Virus record (IMG/VR): IMGVR_UViG_3300037067_027649
Coordinates: 14,964 to 78,963 of that record
Direction: 5' to 3' (one strand)
Length of the DNA stretch: 64,000 nt
Source: a virus
Lineage: Duplodnaviria; Caudoviricetes
Both the position numbers and the translations under genes were made by a program. Within the stretch, counting starts at the first letter, position 1. Every line of letters starts with the position of its first letter. The notes under the pieces were generated by a model. The model was given only the letters and a program-made list of their open reading frames with translations. It was not told the DNA's origin and made no database searches. This document shows positions 19,771-29,710 of the stretch, piece after piece.

Positions 19771-20028
19771 TTATAATTTAAACCATTCATTATCAGTTTT
19801 TTCATTAAGAAGTTTTTCAACTTCTGAGGTATCACCTGGACAATAAAAAGAGTGTGTATTTTTTATTTTCATTTCCAATTCTTTTAATTTTTCAAAATCA
19901 CCATCAACCAATTGAAAAAGAAATTGTGTTTGTCCTTTTGAACGATTGGTTCTATCAGATAACCAATTTAATCTTTCTAAATCAAGACTAAATTTATATT
20001 CTTCTGTTTTTCCGTAATTTACATTCAT
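19771..20028 (-). CDS. phage hypothetical protein
   Basis: LERLNWLSDRT.RSKGQTQFLF. Confidence 0.7.
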   Translation of the reverse strand: MNVNYGKTEEYKFSLDLERLNWLSDRTNRSKGQTQFLFQLVDGDFEKLKELEMKIKNTHSFYCPGDTSEVEKLLNEKTDNEWFKL

Positions 20029-20075
20029 AATAAAAAATTTTTAAATTATTACCAACTATTTATACCATTTTCATA

Positions 20076-20252
20076 TTAAAAATCAACTTTGTCATCAAAA
20101 ATTTCTTTTATTTTTCGAGTTCGTTGTATCTTTTTAATTTTTTTAAAAAAATCATCATTTACAACCGTTTCAACCATATGTGGATATAATGATGTAAAAT
20201 CCATATTAATATTTACTTTTTTATTTTGTTTCTTATTTTTTTGTTTATTCAT
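20076..20252 (-). CDS. micro-protein with PolB motif-A-like peptide and basic tag
   Basis: Probable start MNKQK at 20252; NMDFTSLYPHM; ends RTRKIKEIF. Confidence 0.55.
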   Translation of the reverse strand: MNKQKNKKQNKKVNINMDFTSLYPHMVETVVNDDFFKKIKKIQRTRKIKEIFDDKVDF

Positions 20253-20409
20253 CATCTTTAAAAATTTCTTTAATTTTTTCAATTCGTTTCATTCTTTTAT
20301 TGATTTTATTTATCATATCAAAAGTTTTAGATAATTGTTCTTTATTATATTTTGATTTTTTAATATTTATTAAATCAAAATGATCTATTATTATTAAATT
20401 ATCTCTCAT
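20245..20409 (-). CDS. 54-aa micro-protein with Walker-B-like peptide and basic tag (not in ORF track)
   Basis: MRDNLIIIDHFDLI...MKRIEKIKEIFKDDE*; stop overlaps the next ATG. Confidence 0.55.
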   Translation of the reverse strand: MRDNLIIIDHFDLINIKKSKYNKEQLSKTFDMINKINKRMKRIEKIKEIFKDDE

Positions 20410-20417
20410 TTTTTAAA

Positions 20418-20936
20418 TTATTTAGGTATTTTCATATTGTATTTTTCAAAAAAATATAATAAAGCTTCTGCGTTTCCTTTAGCATCATCAACTGGATTGT
20501 GACTATGAGAAGTTTTTCTATATTTTTTCCATCTATAATATAAATTTTGTTCTGCTCCACAAAATAAATCACCAATTCTTCTACTTGACCACCCAAATGG
20601 ATTACTACCATAAAATTTTAAAAAATAATAATTTATCCAAGATGCATCATAACCATTATTATCAGATATTAATATGGGATTACTAACACTATTTTCTTTT
20701 AACCATATAGCAAAATTATTCATAACAATAGTTGGTTCATCAAATTTAATATGTTCTTCTCTACTAAATCCACTTATTTTAAGAGCTTCTGGATTATATG
20801 AATCACTTATTGGTTTAATTTGACCATAAAAAGTTTTATCTAATTTTTCATCAACTTTAACAGCACCAAAACAAACCATACTATTTTCTGATATTAAACC
20901 ACCATCAGTTTCAACATCAACAACAAATAATGACAT
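20418..20936 (-). CDS. DEDDh 3'-5' exonuclease
   Basis: VDVETDG, N.YD, H.P.DDA. Confidence 0.88.
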   Translation of the reverse strand: MSLFVVDVETDGGLISENSMVCFGAVKVDEKLDKTFYGQIKPISDSYNPEALKISGFSREEHIKFDEPTIVMNNFAIWLKENSVSNPILISDNNGYDASWINYYFLKFYGSNPFGWSSRRIGDLFCGAEQNLYYRWKKYRKTSHSHNPVDDAKGNAEALLYFFEKYNMKIPK

Positions 20937-20937
20937 A

Positions 20938-21483
20938 TTATAAAATTTTGTAATTAATAATTATATAAATATAAGAATATTTTTCATTAATTTTCTTAAT
21001 TACATAAATTATTTTTGTATTTATTTTCTTAGAAATTTCAATTAAACCTAAACCAGCACCACCTTTTTCACTAAAACCTTTATTATTAAGAACATCCATA
21101 TATAAATCTATTAATCCTTCTCTATCTAAAGAATTAATATAATCTACACTATTGGTTAATTTCTTAATTCTATCATTAGAAACTATATTACCAGTAGTAA
21201 ATGTTATAATATCATCTTTTTTATGAATTATTAAAATAGATTTTTCTTGTTCATCATCTTTATGTCTTAATATATTCTGAATTAATTCTATTAAAATATA
21301 ATATAATTTTTTAGTATTAGATTTACCAAACATTGAAAATAAATGTTCTAATTTATCTAAAGGAACATCATTTGGAACAAGAACATAATTTTCATATAAT
21401 ACCTTTATACTTCCTGAATAGATTTCTGGATATTTTAATTTTAAAAAATTAATATGTTTTTTTATATTTAAAATGTTTTTCAT
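20938..21483 (-). CDS. SiaB-family (GHKL-like) protein kinase
   Basis: ELIQNI.RH, GN.V.N, INSL....L..LY...L....FSEKGGAGLGLIEI. Confidence 0.8.
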   Translation of the reverse strand: MKNILNIKKHINFLKLKYPEIYSGSIKVLYENYVLVPNDVPLDKLEHLFSMFGKSNTKKLYYILIELIQNILRHKDDEQEKSILIIHKKDDIITFTTGNIVSNDRIKKLTNSVDYINSLDREGLIDLYMDVLNNKGFSEKGGAGLGLIEISKKINTKIIYVIKKINEKYSYIYIIINYKIL

Positions 21484-21536
21484 TTATAACTTATATAATT
21501 AAAAGTTAATATATATATTAAAAATAATATTAAGTT

Positions 21537-22070
21537 TTGAAAACATATAATCAATTTTTATACGACATTTTTACAGAAAAGTATGATAAACAGTACAATT
21601 ATTACATGAACAGATATAAATATTATTTTATTAATCAATATTCATTGACAATAAAAAATATATTTCCAATAATATCTCTTTTATTTTATAATGAATTTAC
21701 AGAAAAATTAAATAAAGATTATATAGTAAGATATACATTAATAGCATTATGTTCAATACTAAACGAAAGAGAAGATGTTATAAGATTATTAAAAAAAGAT
21801 ATAATGGGAGAATTTAATGAAAATTTAATTGAAAATATAAGATTAACAATACTTACAATATTAGAACTTTATAAGAAAATAGAAAAAAAAGATATTTATT
21901 ATTTAGATATATTTAAAGATACAAGGAATTTTATATCTTTTTTAATAATAATGTTTGAATTCATAAAACAAAATAATTTTAAATATATTGATTTTATTAA
22001 ATATAAAGATAATATAGATAATGTAATTTTAGATAAAATAAAGAAAAAATATAATAATATAAATAAATAA
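21537..22070 (+). CDS. hypothetical protein with leader
   Basis: TTG start, (M)KTYNQFLYD; palindromic TTAATATATATATTAA upstream. Confidence 0.55.
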   Translation: MKTYNQFLYDIFTEKYDKQYNYYMNRYKYYFINQYSLTIKNIFPIISLLFYNEFTEKLNKDYIVRYTLIALCSILNEREDVIRLLKKDIMGEFNENLIENIRLTILTILELYKKIEKKDIYYLDIFKDTRNFISFLIIMFEFIKQNNFKYIDFIKYKDNIDNVILDKIKKKYNNINK

Positions 22071-22150
22071 TAAATTATATATATCATTATTCTGTACCTT
22101 TTTTCAAACTTCGATATGTTTTTTGACTATAATCATAAAATTCAACTTTT

Positions 22151-23338
22151 ATGACAGAAAATAATTTTAATAATTTTAGGATTTATTGTTTTATTCCAAA
22201 AAAGCTGGAATTTATGGTATCTGAGAAATTTATATATCATAAAGGGTTTAAGTTAAAAACAGCATACATAGCTCATATTCTTAATGAAATAATATTTAAA
22301 TATACATCAACTGGAGAACAAAAATTTAAAATTTGGACAACTGTTCTACAACAAATGTATGGTAAACATTATGCAAGATATATTGAATTTTTAATTGATG
22401 AAGGTGTAATAAAACTTATAGCAAATAAACAAGTAGGTAAAACATCAAGAAGATATAAATTAAATTTAGATTTTATAAGAGGCGAAAAAATTAAAAGATA
22501 TTATTTTTATGATAAATTTTTAAGAAAAAAAATTGATTCAAGAAAATTAGAAACAACATTTACAAGTTTATTAGATACTACAATATTAAAAGAAGTTAGA
22601 GAAAAATTAGTTAGAGATTTAGATTTTGTTAGTTTAGATTGTCAAAAATCATTAAAATATTTACTCAGTATAAAAAATAATATAACATCTGAATCTTTTA
22701 TAAAAAATTTCTTATCTATAACAAATATTGATAATAAAGAAATATTTTTTAAATTTGATGGTTACGGTAGATTTCATACAAATTTTACTATTTTGAAAAA
22801 ATATATAAGACAAAATTTTTTAAAAATTGATAATAGCGATGTTTTTGAATTAGATATACAGAATTCACAACCATTCTTCTTAACTATTTTAATGAAAAAT
22901 GAATATAAAGATAAACAAATGCCACAAGGACTAATTAATTTTATTGGATTAGTTAATAATAACATTTTTTATGATGATTTTAAAGGAAAAGAAAGTAAAT
23001 ATATCAAAGATAGAGATACTTCAAAAAAATTCATTTATAAAGTTTTATTTGGAACAAATCAAGATACTAAAATAAATAGAATGTTTAAAGAACATTATCC
23101 AGAAGTTTTTGATTTTATTGTATCATATAAAAAGAAAAATGGTAGCCATAAAACATTAAGTCATAAGTTACAAAGGATGGAAAGTGATTTTTTATTTAAT
23201 GTAGTAATATATGAAATTATGGCACTATATCCAGATGTTAGAATAGTTACTGTTCATGATTCTATAATGTTTCCTGTTAAATATAGAATGGAAGTTGAAA
23301 ATATTTTTCATAATCATTTAAATGAATTGAAAAAATAA
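22151..23338 (+). CDS. minimal family-A polymerase-like protein with N-terminal wHTH-like region
   Basis: GRFH, ELDIQNSQP (motif A), RDTSKKFIYKVLFG (motif B), LQRMES, VHDS (motif C); no exonuclease domains. Confidence 0.7.
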   Translation: MTENNFNNFRIYCFIPKKLEFMVSEKFIYHKGFKLKTAYIAHILNEIIFKYTSTGEQKFKIWTTVLQQMYGKHYARYIEFLIDEGVIKLIANKQVGKTSRRYKLNLDFIRGEKIKRYYFYDKFLRKKIDSRKLETTFTSLLDTTILKEVREKLVRDLDFVSLDCQKSLKYLLSIKNNITSESFIKNFLSITNIDNKEIFFKFDGYGRFHTNFTILKKYIRQNFLKIDNSDVFELDIQNSQPFFLTILMKNEYKDKQMPQGLINFIGLVNNNIFYDDFKGKESKYIKDRDTSKKFIYKVLFGTNQDTKINRMFKEHYPEVFDFIVSYKKKNGSHKTLSHKLQRMESDFLFNVVIYEIMALYPDVRIVTVHDSIMFPVKYRMEVENIFHNHLNELKK

Positions 23339-23339
23339 A

Positions 23340-23687
23340 TTATAATATTTTTTCATTCCAAAAATAACGTGTTTTTAATATTGTTTTTGAATTATATTCT
23401 TTAAAATTCAAACAAGTTCTAATAACTTTTTTTATAGCATCCTCAAACACATTATTATCAATACTAACTACAAGATATTTGAATGGTTTGGTGATTTCAT
23501 ATTCATTATAATATAATTCATTAGTTTCTTCAATATATTCAAAATAAATTTTTTGATTTTTTACAAATATTAATCTTTTTTTAGATTTAAGTTTTTTACA
23601 CCCTTTAATATTATTATAAATAAATCTTTCATCTGGACTTAAACGTGATAATTTAATTTTCTTTATTTGTTTATCAATTTCATCCAT
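23340..23687 (-). CDS. hypothetical protein, paralog family with 23711, 37182 and the 56117 C-terminus
   Basis: KIKLSRLSPDERFIY...FEY.....LY. Confidence 0.65.
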   Translation of the reverse strand: MDEIDKQIKKIKLSRLSPDERFIYNNIKGCKKLKSKKRLIFVKNQKIYFEYIEETNELYYNEYEITKPFKYLVVSIDNNVFEDAIKKVIRTCLNFKEYNSKTILKTRYFWNEKIL

Positions 23688-23710
23688 ATTTTACTAATTA
23701 AAGATTGTTT

Positions 23711-24064
23711 TTATTTATCATAATATTTATTTTTCATATTATGATACATTATATCAATACCAACATCTTTTTTAATATTTAATGGTACACAAATATATTT
23801 ATAAACAAGTTTTTGTATATCTTCATAATTTATGTTAAATCTATTTTCTATATTATCCCAAAAAAAATAAAAATTACACCAAAAAATATTTTGGTCTTTA
23901 TCATACATAAATAATATTGAAGTTTCTACATGATAATAAATTATAGAAGATTGTTTAGTTTCTATATTTACTTTTAAATTTTTAAAAATTTTGTAAACAT
24001 AACGTTCTTCTGGTTTCATTCTTGAAACTTTAATTCTTTCTATATCTTTATCTAAATTATCCAT
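23711..24064 (-). CDS. paralog of 23340..23687
   Basis: Probable start MDNLDKD at 24064 behind TATATTTG (24082-24089). Confidence 0.65.
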   Translation of the reverse strand: MDNLDKDIERIKVSRMKPEERYVYKIFKNLKVNIETKQSSIIYYHVETSILFMYDKDQNIFWCNFYFFWDNIENRFNINYEDIQKLVYKYICVPLNIKKDVGIDIMYHNMKNKYYDK

Positions 24065-24186
24065 AATAATGAAAATTGTCACAAATATAATAATAAATAA
24101 AATATAAAAAAAATACATTTTGCTTTTTTAATATATAAAAACAAAAAGAATATTAATGATTTTTTACAAAAAAGTAAAGAATTATA

Positions 24187-24196
24187 TTAATATATA
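24187..24196 (+). promoter_or_regulatory. candidate late promoter TTAATATATA
   Basis: 33 nt upstream of the sheath ATG; the same 10-mer precedes many structural and leader genes. Confidence 0.5.
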
Positions 24197-24229
24197 AATA
24201 AGTAAAAATAAAAAATAAATTAAATAAAT

Positions 24230-27200
24230 ATGCCAATCAAGGATTTAGGTAAGTACAAAAGACCAGGTATTTTCATCGAAGAAATTGACAACTCATTAGT
24301 TGAATTACCTATTCAAGATGTGTTAATTAATTTAGTTCCTGGATTTTCAAAAAAGGGACCAGTTAATAATCCTGTATATATTGATAACACAGTCGATTTT
24401 GAAAAAATATTTGGAACATTAGATAAACAACTTGAAAATAAAGGTTCGTTTTTTCACAGAACATCATTACAAATGTTAAAATCTGGCCCAATTTGGGCTT
24501 TGAATCTATTAAAAACTGATCCAACAAGAGATAAGTTAAATTGGAAATCTATTTCAGTATCAGCTATGTATAAAAATGGTACATTAAAACAAGATGCTTA
24601 TGAAAGATTTTTTAATAGACAAGATTTTTGGACAAGAGATTCAGAATCTTTTATGGATTTAGTTAATGATCCAACACCTGAAAATGATAGATTATTACAT
24701 TTAACTAATATGGGTGATAAAACAATCACTGTGTTTTTATTTAAATCTTCTATTACAGGTTTTGATGTAACAGCAGAAAATTGGTATGTTGGTTCAGTTA
24801 ATGTACCTTCATATATTGATCCTAAAGATTATATTTCTGATTATATGGTAGATGTATTAATTTTAGCTGGTGATTGGACTGATTATAATACATTAAGTGT
24901 TGATACTACATGGAGTAGATATTTTACATCAACAGGTCTTATTAAAGAAAAAGTAGAAGATTTTGTTAATGAAAAAAATGTTACTGTTGTAGCAAATTAT
25001 GATGCATGTTTAATACCTAAATTTAGAGATAAAGATGGTAGAGATATGTATATTAAAAATGTTATTAATAATGATACTGATAAAACTGGTTTATTCTGTG
25101 CATTTAACGAAGATGTTTTATATGCAGCAGATTTTCAAGAAGGTAAAATTGACTTACTTGGTAATACATTAGTTGGTTCAGAAATTGATGAAATAGAATT
25201 TTTATCATATAAAGAAACTTTAACAGAAGCTATCACATATACACAAAAATATTTAGATAGTGCTGCTAACGTTTTTAGTTTTACACCTGATTTTGGTTCA
25301 GTTGATCAAAGAACAGGTACTTATACAAATTGGATAACATATGGTTTAACATATACAAGTGTTTCTGGTCAAACTATATCTTTTTCTGTAGATTCGTCAT
25401 CATCTTATTATGTATTAGGTGGTAATAAAATAACATTTGCTTTAACTGGAACATCAGCATATAATATAGTTCTTGATGATATAACAGATAATACAAGAAG
25501 AGTAGATCAATTATATTTAACAACAGATAATACAAAAATTCAAGTGTTAAAAGGTTATGAATTACCTACATCTGGTGTATTTACATTACCAAATTATAGT
25601 GTTAATAATGAAGATACTATTCATTTAGGTTATGTTTTAGTTGAAAAAAATACTGGTGTTACGTCATTATTTTATACGGGTGTAACTGTTGATGATTCTG
25701 GTTATATGCCATTACAAACAGGTTCTACTGGTATACTTGGTATGAATATAGTTTCTGATTTAAATAAAATAACTATTGAATTTTATGAAACATATGGAAC
25801 TAAAGATTTAACAGATTATAAATCATTAAGATATTATAAAATATTTGATGAACTTGCTTTAAATATAGAAGGTGGTAAAGCTGTTATTATAAATAATTCA
25901 ACACAAGATAAATATGAAATTGGTACAAATTATCAAATTTCAGATTCCACAGCAACATCTAATTGTAAAATTAGTTTATATGTTGATAGTGCAGCTAATT
26001 ATGATATAACAGGTTTGTTAATTTATTATGTAGATAATGAGTTTTATTTAACTAATACAACTAATAGTATGAAAACTCAGAATAATGTTGGTACTACAAC
26101 AATAGGTGGAAGAATTATGGGTACTGTTGCTAAATATTCAACATTCTATCAAAATTTCTATGATGGTGTTATTAATTCATTAGATTATTTTGTTGTTGAT
26201 AATGTTGATCCATCAGCAAGTGGTGCTACAAGAGTTTATGTTAGACCTTTCTTAGATGCTAATGGTATTTTAACTGTTGATTTTAGAGGTAGTAAAGATC
26301 AAACAGCAGGTTTAATAACAACATCAACTTGGACAAGTGGATATGAATCAAAATTAATTATATATTCAGAGAGAAATAATTGGAAACAAACTCTTGAAAT
26401 TGAATTACCTTTATCAACAACAGATTTTACTAAAATAACACAAGTTAGTGTTGATAAAAATAGATATCCAGAAGTTAGTAAAGGTTCTTATTTAGAAGCT
26501 TATGTTGATGAAACTGATGTTGATGTGGAATCTGGTGAGAAAAAACCAAGAAGAATGACAAGAATTGTTAAAACTACTATTGATCCAGCTAATTCTAATT
26601 ATAAAATTCTTTATACAGATGCACCAATAAAAGTAGAAGATAATGATCTTTCAGGTAATACAGATTATATAACAACTGTATATCCTTCAATTGATATTTA
26701 TGTAACTGATTATAAAGGCGTATCATTAACACCATTTAAAATTCATATTGATTCAATTCCTAACGGTACTGAAACAAGACAAGCTGATATTTTAAGTGTA
26801 ATAGGTGTTAATGCAACAAGTTCTTTAGCAAAAGGTTTAGTAAATAAAAATAAAATATCTTGGAGATATTTGGTTGATTCATTTGGTTTAGGTTTAATAG
26901 AAAATTCTAAACAAGAATTTATGTCACTTTGTGGTAAAAAATTAAATTGTTTAGGTTTCTTAAATATGCCATCTGCAAGAATGTTTAGAAAATCTAATAA
27001 TCCAAGTTTTGTTAATGATGATGGTTCATTAAATTTAGAGTATGTTATGAATGGTGGAGATGAAAATAAAAATCCATCATTTTTATACAGTTTTGGTATT
27101 GGAGTTGGTGAAACATGTGTTGGTTATTTTTTCCCATATGTTAAGAACAATACTGATGGTGATGAAAAAATGGTTCCACCTGCAGCTTTTGTTGCAACAA

Positions 27201-27757
27201 CATACATGCAGAAACATATATCAACTGTTGCTGGTATACAACCTTGGACTATTGCAGCAGGTTTACAAAACGGTGGTGTTTCTATAAGTGGAACTGAAAT
27301 GGACTTTACTAATGAAGATTTAGAATTTTTATATCAAATGAACGCTAATCCAATTGTTCGTGATATTAGAAGCGGTTACTATATCAATTCAGAAAGTACA
27401 GCACAAGTTAATCCAACAACATCATTAAGTTATATTCATAGTAGAGAAGTTCTTATTGAACTTGAAAACGACCTTTATGATATGTTGTTAAGATATCAGT
27501 GGAGATTTAATACACCTTCTGTTCGTGCTGAAATTAAATATAGAGCAGATAAAATCTGTAAAGAATATATGGATGCTGGTGCTTTGTATGATTTTAGAAA
27601 CATTATGGATGAAACTAATAATACATCTGAAATTATTGACACACAAAAAGGTGTATTGGATACTTATGTTGAAATCGTTAAAGGTATGGGTATGATTATT
27701 AATAATATTACAATATTAGGTGTTGGTAAAATTTCTTCAAGTGGTTTTGCTGCTTAA
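24230..27757 (+). CDS. contractile tail sheath protein (T4 gp18-like, enlarged)
   Basis: PGIFIEEID N-terminus, GFSKKGP.N.P, C-terminal PPAAFVA, NANPI, HSRE.LI.LE, FNT...R, IN..TI. Confidence 0.92.
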   Translation: MPIKDLGKYKRPGIFIEEIDNSLVELPIQDVLINLVPGFSKKGPVNNPVYIDNTVDFEKIFGTLDKQLENKGSFFHRTSLQMLKSGPIWALNLLKTDPTRDKLNWKSISVSAMYKNGTLKQDAYERFFNRQDFWTRDSESFMDLVNDPTPENDRLLHLTNMGDKTITVFLFKSSITGFDVTAENWYVGSVNVPSYIDPKDYISDYMVDVLILAGDWTDYNTLSVDTTWSRYFTSTGLIKEKVEDFVNEKNVTVVANYDACLIPKFRDKDGRDMYIKNVINNDTDKTGLFCAFNEDVLYAADFQEGKIDLLGNTLVGSEIDEIEFLSYKETLTEAITYTQKYLDSAANVFSFTPDFGSVDQRTGTYTNWITYGLTYTSVSGQTISFSVDSSSSYYVLGGNKITFALTGTSAYNIVLDDITDNTRRVDQLYLTTDNTKIQVLKGYELPTSGVFTLPNYSVNNEDTIHLGYVLVEKNTGVTSLFYTGVTVDDSGYMPLQTGSTGILGMNIVSDLNKITIEFYETYGTKDLTDYKSLRYYKIFDELALNIEGGKAVIINNSTQDKYEIGTNYQISDSTATSNCKISLYVDSAANYDITGLLIYYVDNEFYLTNTTNSMKTQNNVGTTTIGGRIMGTVAKYSTFYQNFYDGVINSLDYFVVDNVDPSASGATRVYVRPFLDANGILTVDFRGSKDQTAGLITTSTWTSGYESKLIIYSERNNWKQTLEIELPLSTTDFTKITQVSVDKNRYPEVSKGSYLEAYVDETDVDVESGEKKPRRMTRIVKTTIDPANSNYKILYTDAPIKVEDNDLSGNTDYITTVYPSIDIYVTDYKGVSLTPFKIHIDSIPNGTETRQADILSVIGVNATSSLAKGLVNKNKISWRYLVDSFGLGLIENSKQEFMSLCGKKLNCLGFLNMPSARMFRKSNNPSFVNDDGSLNLEYVMNGGDENKNPSFLYSFGIGVGETCVGYFFPYVKNNTDGDEKMVPPAAFVATTYMQKHISTVAGIQPWTIAAGLQNGGVSISGTEMDFTNEDLEFLYQMNANPIVRDIRSGYYINSESTAQVNPTTSLSYIHSREVLIELENDLYDMLLRYQWRFNTPSVRAEIKYRADKICKEYMDAGALYDFRNIMDETNNTSEIIDTQKGVLDTYVEIVKGMGMIINNITILGVGKISSSGFAA

Positions 27758-27776
27758 TATTAAGTTTATAAAAATA

Positions 27777-27805
27777 AAAAAGTCCAATGTTTCATTGGAC
27801 TTTTT
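27777..27805 (+). terminator. rho-independent terminator
   Basis: AAAAAGTCCAATG-TTT-CATTGGACTTTTT. Confidence 0.8.
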
Positions 27806-27857
27806 TGTTTTATTAATATAAAACAAAATTAAAACATTTAACTATATAATTTAAAAT

Positions 27858-28760
27858 GTGAAATTTTTATTTATGTATAAATTAACAACAAAAGAATTTA
27901 TTATAAAATTTAAAAATATTTATGAAGATAAATATTTAATAGATTTAATTAATTATTCTGGATATAATAATAAAGTTAAAGTAATATGTAAAATACATGG
28001 TGTGTTTGAACAAACACCTAAAAAATTATTAATTTATAAAAAAGGTTGTCCACATTGTAATAATAAACAAAAAACAGTAAAAGAATTAATAAAAAAATTT
28101 AATATTGTACATAATAATAAATTTAATTATAGTTTATTCATAAATTTTAAAAATGAAAAATCTATAATTAATATTATTTGTCCTATTCATGGTATATTTA
28201 AACAATCCATTCAAAACCATTTAAAATATGGTTGTAAAAAATGTTCAGAAAAATATTTAGATAAAAATAGTTTTATTGAAAAAGCTAATAAAATACATAA
28301 TAATTTTTATTCTTATGATAATGTGGATTATAAAACAAATAAGACTAAAGTTATTATAATATGTCCTAAACATGGAGATTTTATTCAAATACCAAATGAT
28401 CATTTAAATGGTGCAGGTTGTCCTATATGTAAAAAAAGTAGAGGTGAGAAAATTATTTTTTCTTATTTAAAAGAAAATAATATAGAATTTGAAATTCAAA
28501 AAAAGTTTAAAAATTGTATAAATACTAAAAATTTATATTTTGATTTTTATATAAAAAAATATAACATGTGCATTGAATTTGATGGAAGACAGCATTTTGA
28601 AAATTCAGATTATTTTGGTGGTGAAAAAGAATTTATGAAAATTAAAAAAAGAGATGAAATAAAAAACAAATTTTGTTTAGATAATAATATTAAATTAATA
28701 AGAATCATGTATAATGAAAATATAATAGAAAAATTAAAAGATATTTTTTATAATTTATGA
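27858..28760 (+). CDS. free-standing homing-type endonuclease (CPxHG repeats plus Vsr/PD-(D/E)xK domain)
   Basis: I.CP.HG.F.Q....HL.G.GCP.C repeats; FDFY.....IEFDG.QHF. Confidence 0.8.
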   Translation: MKFLFMYKLTTKEFIIKFKNIYEDKYLIDLINYSGYNNKVKVICKIHGVFEQTPKKLLIYKKGCPHCNNKQKTVKELIKKFNIVHNNKFNYSLFINFKNEKSIINIICPIHGIFKQSIQNHLKYGCKKCSEKYLDKNSFIEKANKIHNNFYSYDNVDYKTNKTKVIIICPKHGDFIQIPNDHLNGAGCPICKKSRGEKIIFSYLKENNIEFEIQKKFKNCINTKNLYFDFYIKKYNMCIEFDGRQHFENSDYFGGEKEFMKIKKRDEIKNKFCLDNNIKLIRIMYNENIIEKLKDIFYNL

Positions 28761-29650
28761 CTGTTGAAACATTTATTAATAAAGCAAGAATTACACATGG
28801 TGATAAATATGATTATAGTTTAATTAAAAAAGTTGATAAATATGTTGATATAATTTGTCCAATACATGGTAAATTTACTATATTAGCATCAGAACATATT
28901 TATAAAAAAGGTGGTTGTAAAAAATGTTATTTGTTAAAAAGAACAAAAACGATTGATAAATTTATAGAAGATTCAAAAATTGTACATGGCGATAAATATG
29001 ATTATTCATTATCAGTATATGTTAATTGGAAAACAGAATTAAAAATAATATGTCCTAAACATGGAGTTTTTGAACAAAGACCTGCACATCATGTATCTTT
29101 AAAACAAGGATGTCCTAAATGTAAAATTGAACAACAAACTTTAACAAAAGAAGAATTTATAATAAAATCTAAATTAATACATGGCGATAAATATAATTAT
29201 TCTTTAGTTGATTATATAAATAATTCATCAAAAGTAATAATATTGTGTCCTAAACATGGTGAATTTAAACAAACACCAATAAATCATCTAAAAGGAAATG
29301 GGTGCGAAAAATGTAAAACATCTAAAGGCGAAATAAAAATTATTAATTATTTAGAAAAACATAATATTAAATATGTATATCAAAATAAGTTTGAAGATTG
29401 TAAAAATATTAGAAAATTAGTTTTTGATTTTTATTTACCAGATTATAATTTATGTATAGAATATGATGGTGTGCAACATTTTAAAGAAGTTAAAAATTTT
29501 GGTGGAAAAAAAGGATATGATAATATTAAAAAAAGAGATATTATAAAAAATAATTATTGCTTAATAAATAATATATTCTTATTGAGAATTAAATATACTG
29601 ATAATGTAGAAGAAAAATTAATTGATTATTTTGAAAAAAATGAATTTTGA
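28757..29650 (+). CDS. free-standing homing-type endonuclease, paralog
   Basis: Same repeats; FDFYLPDYNLCIEYDGVQHF. Confidence 0.8.
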   Translation: MTVETFINKARITHGDKYDYSLIKKVDKYVDIICPIHGKFTILASEHIYKKGGCKKCYLLKRTKTIDKFIEDSKIVHGDKYDYSLSVYVNWKTELKIICPKHGVFEQRPAHHVSLKQGCPKCKIEQQTLTKEEFIIKSKLIHGDKYNYSLVDYINNSSKVIILCPKHGEFKQTPINHLKGNGCEKCKTSKGEIKIINYLEKHNIKYVYQNKFEDCKNIRKLVFDFYLPDYNLCIEYDGVQHFKEVKNFGGKKGYDNIKKRDIIKNNYCLINNIFLLRIKYTDNVEEKLIDYFEKNEF

Positions 29651-29710
29651 TTATTAATATATATTATTACAAAGGAAATAAATTAATTTTTAAAAAATAA
29701 TCAAATAAAA

